Source of the DNA: Vicugna vicugna
Taxonomy: Eukaryota
Assembly (NCBI GenBank): GCA_013265495.1
Contig: MU058217.1
Coordinates: forward strand, 434,001-455,557
Direction of reading: 5' to 3'
DNA: 21,557 nt
The notes under the pieces were generated by a model. The model was not told the origin of the DNA, did not search any database, and saw nothing but the letters and a program-made list of their open reading frames with translations. Position numbers and translations under genes: made by a program. Positions 11,845 to 21,557 of the stretch are shown here, in pieces; the first letter of the stretch is position 1, and each line of letters begins with the position of its first letter.

Positions 11845-12425
11845 TTGTTAAGAAAAAAGCAGATTACAAGATAATATTTATAGTATGAGCCTTATGTTTG
11901 TTTAAAAAAAAGCTATATGTAAATATATGGTAGAAAAATGTCTGGAAGAATAAGCCAAAAAACGTGAATGAGGGTGAGCTCTGGGTGATGGGATTATAGT
12001 GATTTATAGTTTGTATTGATAGTTCTTTGGCTTTTATAAACGTATATTTTTAAACAATGAGCATTCTGGATTTTTATAATAGGAAGGAAAGAAGTAAGGA
12101 AGGAAGGGGAAAAAAAAGACCCTCCCATTCAATCTAAATTCTCAAAGAATGATGAAAACAGATAGGAGGAAACATGCAGGAATTGTAAAGGCTATATGCA
12201 GCGTTCACTCTTACAAGGGAAAATACTTATAATATGATATAAAGGGGAGACCGAGATATAAAATGTTTTCTGCATCCTAACTCCAGCTGTGTAAAAAAAA
12301 AAAAAGCATAGAAAAAGGATTTGAGGAAAATATACCAAAATATTAACAGTGATTACTATCTCTGAATGCTTGGATTATGGTTGAATATTATTGTTTAAAT
12401 ATGTTTTATATTTTCCAAATTGCCT
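11845..12425 (+). mobile_element. Two degenerate L1ME-like 3' UTR fragments
   Basis: agaaaaatgtctggaagaat...tctgggtgatgggattatagtgattt and ggaaaatataccaaaatattaacagtgatta...tggattatggttga...ttttccaaat. Confidence 0.55.
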
Positions 12426-12509
12426 ACCAGAGGCCTCAGGGGCTTCTATAATTGGAAAATACGTACAACTGATCCTAAGTGTAATGATAATAATAAAAGC
12501 GGCTCTTAC

Positions 12510-12689
12510 TTGCTTGATGGAGACCAGGAGCAGCAGGGCCATGAGGGGCCTCACAGGGGTCCAGAGAGTGCGTCTCCCGGGGGAGGGCAGCGGCCGGGTG
12601 GCAGGGATGCCGCTGGGCAGCGCGTGGGCTCTGGGCAGGGGCCCCTGTCTCCTCCTCCCGGGCCCTGCCCTGCTCGGTGGCGGCCTCAT
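12510..12689 (-). CDS. GLP2R: GLP2R coding exon 1 (N-terminus and signal peptide, 60 codons)
   Basis: Translates MRPPPSRAGPG...LWTPVRPLMALLLLVSIKQ, matching the GLP2R N-terminus (human ...LWAPGRPFLTLVLLVSIKQ). ATG at 12689-12687; phase-0 donor CAA|gtaaga with gt at 12509-12508. The start codon is chosen by homology, and an in-frame ATG also exists at 12848. Confidence 0.92.
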
Positions 12690-12910
12690 CGTCCTCGCTG
12701 TGTGGTCACCAGTGCCGACACATGGCTCTGACCGTCCGAGATGTGCCGCAGGCGGCCTCCTCCTGCGATCCTCTTCGCACGGCAAGGAAATGTCTGCACG
12801 AACCCTCTCCACGCCGCGCCGAGAGCAGCTGCCCCGGTCGAGAGCCATCTACCGAATCTCCAAAGTTTCTCATCAGCCGCGGCTCATCCCCCGCCCCGGC
12901 CCCCCCAAAG
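12690..12910 (-). promoter_or_regulatory. GC/CpG-rich GLP2R 5' UTR and proximal promoter region with GC box
   Basis: High GC and CpG density directly upstream of the ATG; GGGGCGGGG (Sp1-type) on the minus strand near 12888-12898. The TSS cannot be determined from sequence. Confidence 0.55.
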
Positions 12911-13469
12911 GCAGGGAGATTTTTCCCAGACCTCCCCCAAGTCAGCTGTGCTCCTGGGACTTCTGGGCAGAAGCCACCAAGGAGAAAAGGCAAAGCGGTC
13001 AGTGGGTCCCACCCCCCTTCCAAGGTCAGGCTCTCTGCACAAGACGGGGATGCGACAGGCTTGGGACCAGCTGGTGGGGAGGATGGGCCCCCAGCCAGGT
13101 CTGAGGTGAGGGGGCACATCTCTGACTAAGCTTCAAGCTTGTCCAGCCACAAAGGCAGGGCCTCCTCTGGGCCGTGTTTATGCCAAGGCTTCCAGAGAGA
13201 CAGTCAGCCAGCCCAGGAGACAGCAGCTCCTGACCCAGGGCTTGAAGCAAAATTCCTCTCAGCAACTCAAGTCCTGTCTGCACAGCAGCAACACAGCATG
13301 CTGAAAAGTCCGAAATGAGTATGTCCCTGGATGCCCCACTGTTGTGAGCAAAGTTCCCTCAGCCCACCTGGCGGTCCTTTTACAGATCCCATGGCCTGTT
13401 ATCACTAGCTCACATATTTGTACTTTCTCATCACGACTCACACTGACCAAATCTTTTCACCCAGCGTCC

Positions 13470-13635
13470 TGTGTTGTTCATCCTCCCGATAACCCTGTAG
13501 GGGCTGATTATTTCCCCAGTTGACAGCTGAGACACGGGTTCAGAGAGGTTAGGTGGCTTGCCCTAGGCCACACAGCAGGTGAATGGCAGAGCCAGGATTC
13601 CTGGGTCTTCTGACCAGTCCCCTGACCACAGCTAC
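13470..13635 (-). mobile_element. MIR SINE
   Basis: atcctcccgataaccctgtagg...ttatttccccagttgacagctgag...cagagaggttaggtggcttgccctaggccacacagc...tggcagagccaggatt. Confidence 0.8.
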
Positions 13636-14650
13636 TTGGGACAGTGTCATATCTGACTCTGACTCTCTAAGTAAGTTCCTTGTCTCTAGCAGGCTCAGCA
13701 CCATGTCTCTGAAAGGCTCTGCTTGGCCCTTCTCACCAGCCTCTTCCTCTTCAGCTCCCAGCATCCCTTTCCAAGTCTTCCCAGCCTTCCCAACTGGTGG
13801 TCCAAGCAGAAGACATCCTGATTGGATGAAACACAGGTCAGCAAGAGATCAGAAGACAGTGTTTCCATTCAGGTTTTTTTTTTCTGCCATAAGTTGAACT
13901 GAAGGAGCTCATCTCGGTTAACTTACCTAAGTGAGTGAATTTTGAACAGTTGGGAAAAACAGGTGAGCATCACTTAATAGATATCCTTGGAAATCTTAAA
14001 AACCCCACACAGCAAGATTTTCAACCTTAGCAGTAAAACACTCATGATGAATAAAGACCCCCAAAATGGACTCATATAAGGATGTGACCTGGAATCAATG
14101 CGGTCATCTCTTTGGGACAGCAGAGAGCAGGATGACGTGACAGGGGAAAAACGCTGCTGGTGTGATGCCTCTGACCCTTGATGTGGCTGTAAAGCTAGCT
14201 ATTCAGCAACTGCACGTTACAGACTATGTTCCAAGTTGTCTGCTTGGTAAGAATATTTTATATAACCTCTCTAAACTTTTTCTCAAAAACATCTTTTTTC
14301 CGGAAGAGACGGGTTGAGGGGCTACACACGACTTGTCCACCCGTTGGGTGGATGCCACCTAGTGATAAAACAAGGTAACTCCTCTTCCCGCAAGACTGGC
14401 CGGCAACCAGGACAGACACGGCTCATAGGCTGCAGACAGCACGTCGTAACACAGTCCCTAGTCTTTGCCATCAGGAGAATACAGACAGAGTGATACTGAC
14501 CAAATGACACTGGCTTTTTCTCCTACCTGCCCAGGCTGGCAAAATCGGAGGGGGTCCGAGGGCTCCTCAAGATGTGTAACGGGGGCCCATCTGTGTGCCC
14601 AGATGCCACGTGGAATCCTCCGCTACCCTCCTCCGGCCCTCACGGCGTCA

Positions 14651-16072
<1,422 letters not shown>

Positions 16073-16225
16073 ATTTATTTTTATTATTCTATTATTTAAC
16101 TGTTTTATTTTGGCATGGGGGGAAGGTAATTAGGTTTATTTATTTTTAGAGGAGGTACTGGGAATTGAACCCAGGACCTTGTGCATGCTAAGCATGCACT
16201 CTACCACTGAGCTATACCCTCCCCC
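16073..16225 (-). mobile_element. tRNA-Ala(AGC)-derived SINE (camelid vic-1 type)
   Basis: Minus strand reads GGGGGAGGGTATAGCTCAGTGGTAGAGTGCATGCTTAGCATGCACAAGGTCCTGGGTTCAATTCCCAGTACCTCC followed by AAATAAACCTAATTACC and an A-rich tail. A box TAGCTCAGTGG and B box GGTTCAATTCC are present. Confidence 0.9.
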
Positions 16226-16663
16226 TTGTAATCTATCTTGTGGTTTTAAAACGTGTAAAAGACTAGAGCTCTGGCAAGAAAAAAAGACATGATTGTGAAA
16301 ACTTCCATCCTAATACCAAAATGAACAAAGAGAAACAATATTAGAGAAGAAATGACATCAGTGTGAAACTATGAAAGGCCCCAGCTTCATAGCACCAACA
16401 CTGAAAAACCCATAGTATAATTTAGATTAAATTGAAGGGCGATACTGCGGGACCCACACACAGCTTTCCAGCTCTGGAGCACAGTGCGAGGCGGGGATGA
16501 TGGCAAATACGATTCTGAAGGGCCTGGTCCTGGCTGTTTGGTTGAGGGACAGTTTACTGGATTCTGTGAGGAGGATGAGGTTCTTCTTTTTGCTCCTGAA
16601 TTGTTTGGTTAGCTCCAGAATAGACTTGGTAAGTATTTCATAGTAACAAATGTTTAGATATTA

Positions 16664-17013
16664 TAGTCAGCCCTCCATATCCGTGGGTTCTGCATCTGCG
16701 ATTTCAACCAACTGCAGATGGAAAATATTGGGGGATAAAGTCCAGAAAGTTTCAAAAAGTAAAACTTGAATTTGCTGCGTACTGGCAACTATTTACATAG
16801 TGTTTGCATTGTATTTACAACTATTTACGGAGCATTTACATTGTATGAGGTATTGTATGTAATTTAGAGACGATTTAAGAGTCCTGCAGGATGTGCTAGG
16901 TTATATGCAAACACTTCATTATTTCATATATAGGAGTTGAGCATCTGCGGATGTTGGTATCTGCAGGGGCGTCCTGGAACCAACCCCCTACCTCAGGTAT
17001 CAAGGGACCACTG
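16664..17013 (-). mobile_element. MER2-family (TcMar-Tigger) non-autonomous DNA transposon
   Basis: Ends tagtcagccctccatatcc and ggtatcaagggaccactg are flanked by TA. Internal ggttatatgcaaa...ttgagcatctgcggatgttggtatc...gtcctggaaccaa matches MER2. Confidence 0.85.
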
Positions 17014-17066
17014 TATTTCCTTCCACCTAAAAATAACTTTCTAGCCCCCTGGGGAGGGGGGGAGGG

Positions 17067-17142
17067 NNNNNNNNNNNNNNNNNNNNNNNNNNNNNNNNNN
17101 NNNNNNNNNNNNNNNNNNNNNNNNNNNNNNNNNNNNNNNNNN
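17067..17142. other. Assembly gap (76 N)
   Basis: Run of N characters. Confidence 1.
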
Positions 17143-18011
17143 GGCCCACTGTTTTCCTTCCCCCCAAAAAAAAATTTTCTACCCCCCGGGGAGGGGGGGA
17201 GGGAGGGAAAGAAAGATAAAAACGTGCGACTGGCAGGTGCGCGGTTTCCCCTGTTCCAACTCTGGCCAGGATGACTTGTCATCAGTCCCGCTCAGGAACC
17301 CTCTCTGCAAAAGAAACACAAAGCAAATTCGTGCAGCAGTCGCTAGCTCAGGGACGTTTCAAGCCCTATTTCTTTACCCACCTATGGAAATGTTCCCTTT
17401 TCTATTTTTTAACCTCAAATGCCTAGAATTATTTTACCAAACTCTGTGATTGACAGCATACTACCATCATTGGTGGGAGATAGTTTGATACCATTTTTAA
17501 AAGCTGGTAAAATGAACACCCAGTCTTACCTCATTATCTTTTGGATTCCAACCTGCCACCCTCAAGTCGACATGCCCTACATTTTTCTTGACATGAAGGG
17601 AAACCTGGAGAATATTTCCCAGCTCTCCAGAACAAAATCAGAAAAGGGCACAGTGCTGACTTAACTACTTCGTGAGCTAGCTATAATAAGACACCTTTGA
17701 CTTTTAAAAAACATATATCGTACCCACAATAGAAGTCTTTCTTCACCAAAGACCACTGAGGGGGCTGGGGAGGAGGAAACTCAATCAAGCAACCCCCTAC
17801 TGTTTTCTTGATAATCATCTTGGGAATGGTCTGAGAAGGAAAAAACAAAAATGAAACATTTGGGAGCTCCGTAAAAGCCCACGTGCAGAGCAGGTGGGTA
17901 TAGCCTTTTAAGCTCTGGCCTGACTCGATACAGACAGGATGTGGTATGGAATTTTGTCTCCTGAGATCTCCGCAGCTACTGTGGTTGGGAGTGGGTGGTT
18001 CTGGTGGTGGA

Positions 18012-18400
18012 ATACGTTAGGGTGAAGGCTAGGCTGCTATAACAAAGAAATCCAATGGTACAGTGGCTTTGGGGAAAGGTTTATTTCTCTGGTGGTGGTC
18101 CAGAGCAGTGGGGTGGACCTGCTGCTCTACATGGCCACCTAGGTCTCAGGAGCCCTCCCTCTTGTTGCTCTGCTGTCCCTAGGTCACTGTTGTTATGTAT
18201 GTAGTTGAAGCAAGATCATTGCCGTTTAGGGCTTTCAGCTGGCAAGAAGGGGAAAAAGCCATGTTCAACGTCTTAAGACCGTGCTTGGAAAAGCCACACA
18301 ATAATTTTGCTTATGTTCCGTTGGTGAGACTTTGGTCACATGACCATGTTTGACTGCAAGAGAAACGAAGCCCACCTGGCTGCTATGTATGCGTCTGTTA
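18012..18400 (-). mobile_element. Old MLT1 (K/L-like) LTR remnant
   Basis: ggctaggctgctataacaaag...cagtggctt...ggtttatttctct and ttttgcttatgttccgttgg...gtcacatgacc...gactgcaagaga. Confidence 0.65.
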
Positions 18401-19140
18401 CTCCATTACTGCGTAAGAACTAAGGACGAAGGAGAACCACCTGCAGGCTGCTCTACCGAGAGTGGGACCTCGCTTAGAGAAATTGAAAACTAATTGCTGA
18501 GAGAACTCAGGATCACCAGTATTGACTAACTGTGTAGATGATGAAAAAAAACTCGCTGGACATATACAAATTTGTCCAAGCTGCACAACCAAACTAAATA
18601 GCCCCTACAAAACAGCATCAATGAAGCAATAAAGGAGAGAACTTAAATTTTAACTGTTGCTCTTTTTGAGAAAGGAAAGATGCTATGAAAAAAAAGTTAA
18701 GAGAATAAGAGATTTGGGTTAAGGAAAAAAATACTAAAAAGCAGAAGGGACTCTACTGGAAACAATTTATATTAATTAGAAGAAAAATGAGGAAATCTCC
18801 AAGTTTACAAAAGAGAGAAAATTTGTAAATTATGAGAGCAAAGATAAAAGAAGCAAATTGTAGACCCAGGAGACCAAATATCTAGAAGGAGAGAACATGG
18901 TAACGGAGAAGTGATGGCAGGTAACAGAAAGTTCTGATCTGAGTGTGCTTGATTAGGTAAGTCAAAGAGCTCTCCTAAAATACAGCTGGATCCCGTTGTT
19001 ATGACAGACACTTTTTAATGCATTCCTGGGTTTGCTGGAAAGTAAGGGAAATATGACCCTGTATTTCTAACAAGAAGGGCATCTAGATAATTGACTGGCC
19101 ATGCTGCTGAAATAACTAAAAATAACATGTTAGATTTAAA

Positions 19141-19797
19141 AATATTTTTAATAGGGATATATTTGGCCTACAACATTGTGTCACAAAGTTTAAGGTGCAC
19201 AACATATTGATTTGGTACATTTATATTGCAATGTGATTGTCATAGTGTTAGCCAGCACCTCTATGGTGTCACATAATTATAACTTCTTCCAGTGTTAGAA
19301 TCAATTAAGATCTAACCTTTTAGCAAGTTTCATGTTTATAATACAGTTTTATTGTATATAATCATTGTACTGTGTATTAGTCTCCAGGACTTACTTATCT
19401 ACTAGTTGCAAGTTTGTACCTTAACGTCTCTCTCATTCCTCCACCTGTGGCCCTTGGTCAACACCATTTACTCTCTGCTTTTCCAATTTCCCATGTCATA
19501 CAGTATTTGTCTTTCTCTGTCTGACCTATCTCACTTCGCATAATGTCCTCAAGGCAAGGTCCATCCGTGTTGTTGCAAATCGCAGAATGTCCTTTTTTTC
19601 TCATAGCTAAATAGTATTTCATTGTATATATGTACCACATCTTTTCTTATTCATCTGTTGATGAGCAGGTTAGGTTGTTTGTATATCTTGGCTATTGTGA
19701 ATAATGCTGCAATAAACATGGAAGTGCGTATGTCTCTTCAGTTAGCTGTTTTCATTTTCTTTGGATGTATACCCAGACGTGAGATTACTGGATCATT
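19141..19797 (-). mobile_element. L1 (L1MA-like) 3' end
   Basis: The antisense ORF 19458-19640 reads MWYIYTMKYYLAMRKK...IMRSEIGQTEKDKYCM, a degenerate L1 ORF2 C-terminus, followed by L1 3' UTR sequence. Confidence 0.88.
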
Positions 19798-20458
19798 AGA
19801 TAAAATATATTTTTAAAAACTTTTAAATGCATTGATGAACCGGCAAGGAAGAAAGGAATAGTTAAGCCAAAATTGAAGGCAGAAACAGAGTTTATGTGGA
19901 GCACTTAAATTGCGTTTCAGCCTAAACACTTTTGTAGGACTGAATCCAACAGTGTGTGTGTGGAGAGAGTGTGTGTAAATTAGGCTTATGCCAGAAATAT
20001 GAGGGTTGCTTAACATTAGAAAGTCTATAGATGTAATTATTTGCCACATCAACAGCATTAATGATTAAGGGGGAAAATCCGTATGATCATGTCAGTTGCT
20101 GTGTTGGGGGTTGGAGCATGTGAGATTACTGGATCATTAGATAAAATATATTTTTAAAAATTTTTAAATGCATTGATGAACCAGCAAGGAAGAAAGGAAT
20201 AGTTAAGCCAAAATTGAAGGCAGAAACAGAGTTTATGTGGAGCACTTAAATTGCTTTTCAGTCTAAACACTTTTGTAGGACTGGATCCAACAGTGTGTGT
20301 GTGGAGGGAGTGTGTGTAAATTAGGCTTATGCCAGAAATATGAGGGTTGCTTAACATTAGAAAGTCTATAGATGTAATTATTTGCCACATCAACAGCATT
20401 AATGATTAAGGGGGAAAATCCGTATGATCATGTCAGTTGCTGTGTTGGGGGTTGGAGC
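19777..20458 (+). repeat. Head-to-tail tandem duplication, 2 x 341 bp
   Basis: 19777-20117 and 20118-20458 differ at about 7 positions by eye. The twin ORFs 19813-20058 and 20154-20399 are offset by exactly 341. Confidence 0.95.
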
Positions 20459-20574
20459 CCGAGCCTGGTGAGGCGGGCCCCTCACAGGGGGCTGCCTGGC
20501 TCAGCGATGGAGGTGAGGAGTGAGTCCATTTGGCATTTGGACTGAGTCCAGTGAGCATCTGTGTGAGGGAGTAT

Positions 20575-21557
20575 GTGGTGGGAAATTGTTACATATATGG
20601 AAGTGATCAAATACATAAATATGTTATGAATAAAGGGAGCCAGGCTTCTCACTGTGGAAGAAGGGATTTACAAATATGGAAAGGGAAAAAAACAAGAATG
20701 AATTTGTGGTTTTGGATTAGAACTGAATTCATTGGTGTAGACTTGTGGTCTTCCTCATATATAGGTAGAGAGGGAAATACATATATTTGTAAATTGGTGT
20801 ATGTGTATACATTCACGTATTCCCTGACAATTCCCCTGTATGTTTCCTAGAACTGCTCCAACAAATTACCACAAACTGGGTGGTTAAAAGGACAGAAATT
20901 TATCCTCTCACAGTTCTGGAGGCTAATCAAGGTGTTGGCAGAGCCAGGCTCTCCAAAGGTTCTATGCAGGATCCTTCCTTACCTCTTCCTAGCTTCCACC
21001 CATTGTTGGCAGCGATCCTTGACATTCCTTGGCTCCTAAGCAGACTCTGATCTCTGCCTCCATTGTCACATGGTGTTCTCTTTGTGTGTCTGTCCCCCGT
21101 GTCTTCACATGGCCTCCTTATAAGGGTGCCAGTCATTGGATTTACCAAAGCCCAATCCAGCATGACCTCATTTTAACTTGATTACATCTGCAAAGACCTT
21201 ATTTCCAAATAAAGTCACATTCAGATGTACTAGGGATTCGGATTTCAACATATCTTTTGGAGTGGGGGGAAACAGAATTCAACTCATAACCATGACCACA
21301 CCTGGCATCCAGCTCTTGCCTTCTAAATACCATTCTCCACTAAAAAGGAATCGGCCCTCCTTGGAGAAATGGCTGATTCTAGGTCTGGATCAGGGAAAGT
21401 GCAAAATAAACCTGGAAAATCTTGTAGGAAAAAGTAAAGATGTGGCCTAAGAATTATGGGGACATGACAAAAGACACAGGAGCTGGCTCGAGGGGCCCTA
21501 CTGGCTCTACAGTTTGAACATCAAAATAAACAGTGACAGTAAAGGATTACAATTCAT
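20575..21557 (+). mobile_element. L1MC/L1MD-like 3' UTR fragments split by the MLT1 LTR
   Basis: ttctcactgtggaagaagggatttacaaatatggaaaggg to the left and taaataccattctccactaaaaaggaa...ccttggagaaatggctgattctagg to the right of the LTR. Confidence 0.6.
20837..21290 (-). mobile_element. MLT1 (B/C-like) solo LTR
   Basis: tgtatgtttccta...aacaaattaccacaaactgggtgg...cagaaatttatcctctcacagttctggaggct...ttacatctgcaaagaccttatttccaaataaagtcacattc...aattcaactcataac. Confidence 0.88.

Noticed and set aside
12391..13129. 237-aa and other overlapping ORFs around GLP2R exon 1
   Set aside because: Stop-poor GC-rich promoter/exon sequence; low-complexity Pro/Arg/Gly translations with no recognisable family.
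14595..14625. Minus-strand ggattccacgtggcatctgg resembling the GSG1-family GFHVGLW motif
   Set aside because: Needs a frameshift, is on the unexpected strand, and has no flanking similarity; likely chance.
16150..16225. Possible genuine tRNA-Ala(AGC) gene
   Set aside because: It has extra 5' bases, CpG-decay mismatches and the SINE-specific body and A-rich tail rather than a T-run terminator.
16896..17282. ORFs spanning the N gap
   Set aside because: Artefacts of Ns, MER2 sequence and a low-quality flank.
18460..19010. A-rich stretch resembling an old L1 ORF1 region
   Set aside because: Too degenerate to assign boundaries or family without a profile search.
19813..20399. Twin 81-aa ORFs
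   Set aside because: By-product of the 341-bp duplication of repeat-derived sequence.

Overview
Mammalian genomic DNA, most likely camelid, judging by a tRNA-Ala-derived vic-1-type SINE and artiodactyl-type L1 3' ends. It comes from a draft assembly with one 76-N gap. The minus strand carries coding exons 1-4 of GLP2R (glucagon-like peptide-2 receptor), encoding the signal peptide and the whole class B GPCR extracellular domain; the gene continues off the left edge. About 2 kb upstream, on the same strand, is an intronless ALDOA retrocopy. It was copied from the long, germline-type N-terminally extended splice form (ALDOA_V2-like). It keeps a 362-codon ORF, but the extension is frameshifted and both C6-phosphate-binding serines are substituted. 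It has lost the C-terminal Tyr and shows no poly-A tail. Its 5' end is fused directly to the tail of a SINE with intact Pol III A and B boxes. The rest is intronic or intergenic DNA rich in L1, L2, MIR, MLT1 and DNA-transposon remnants, plus a 24-bp minisatellite and a 341-bp tandem duplication. Comparisons with human proteins and repeat consensuses are from recall, not from a search.
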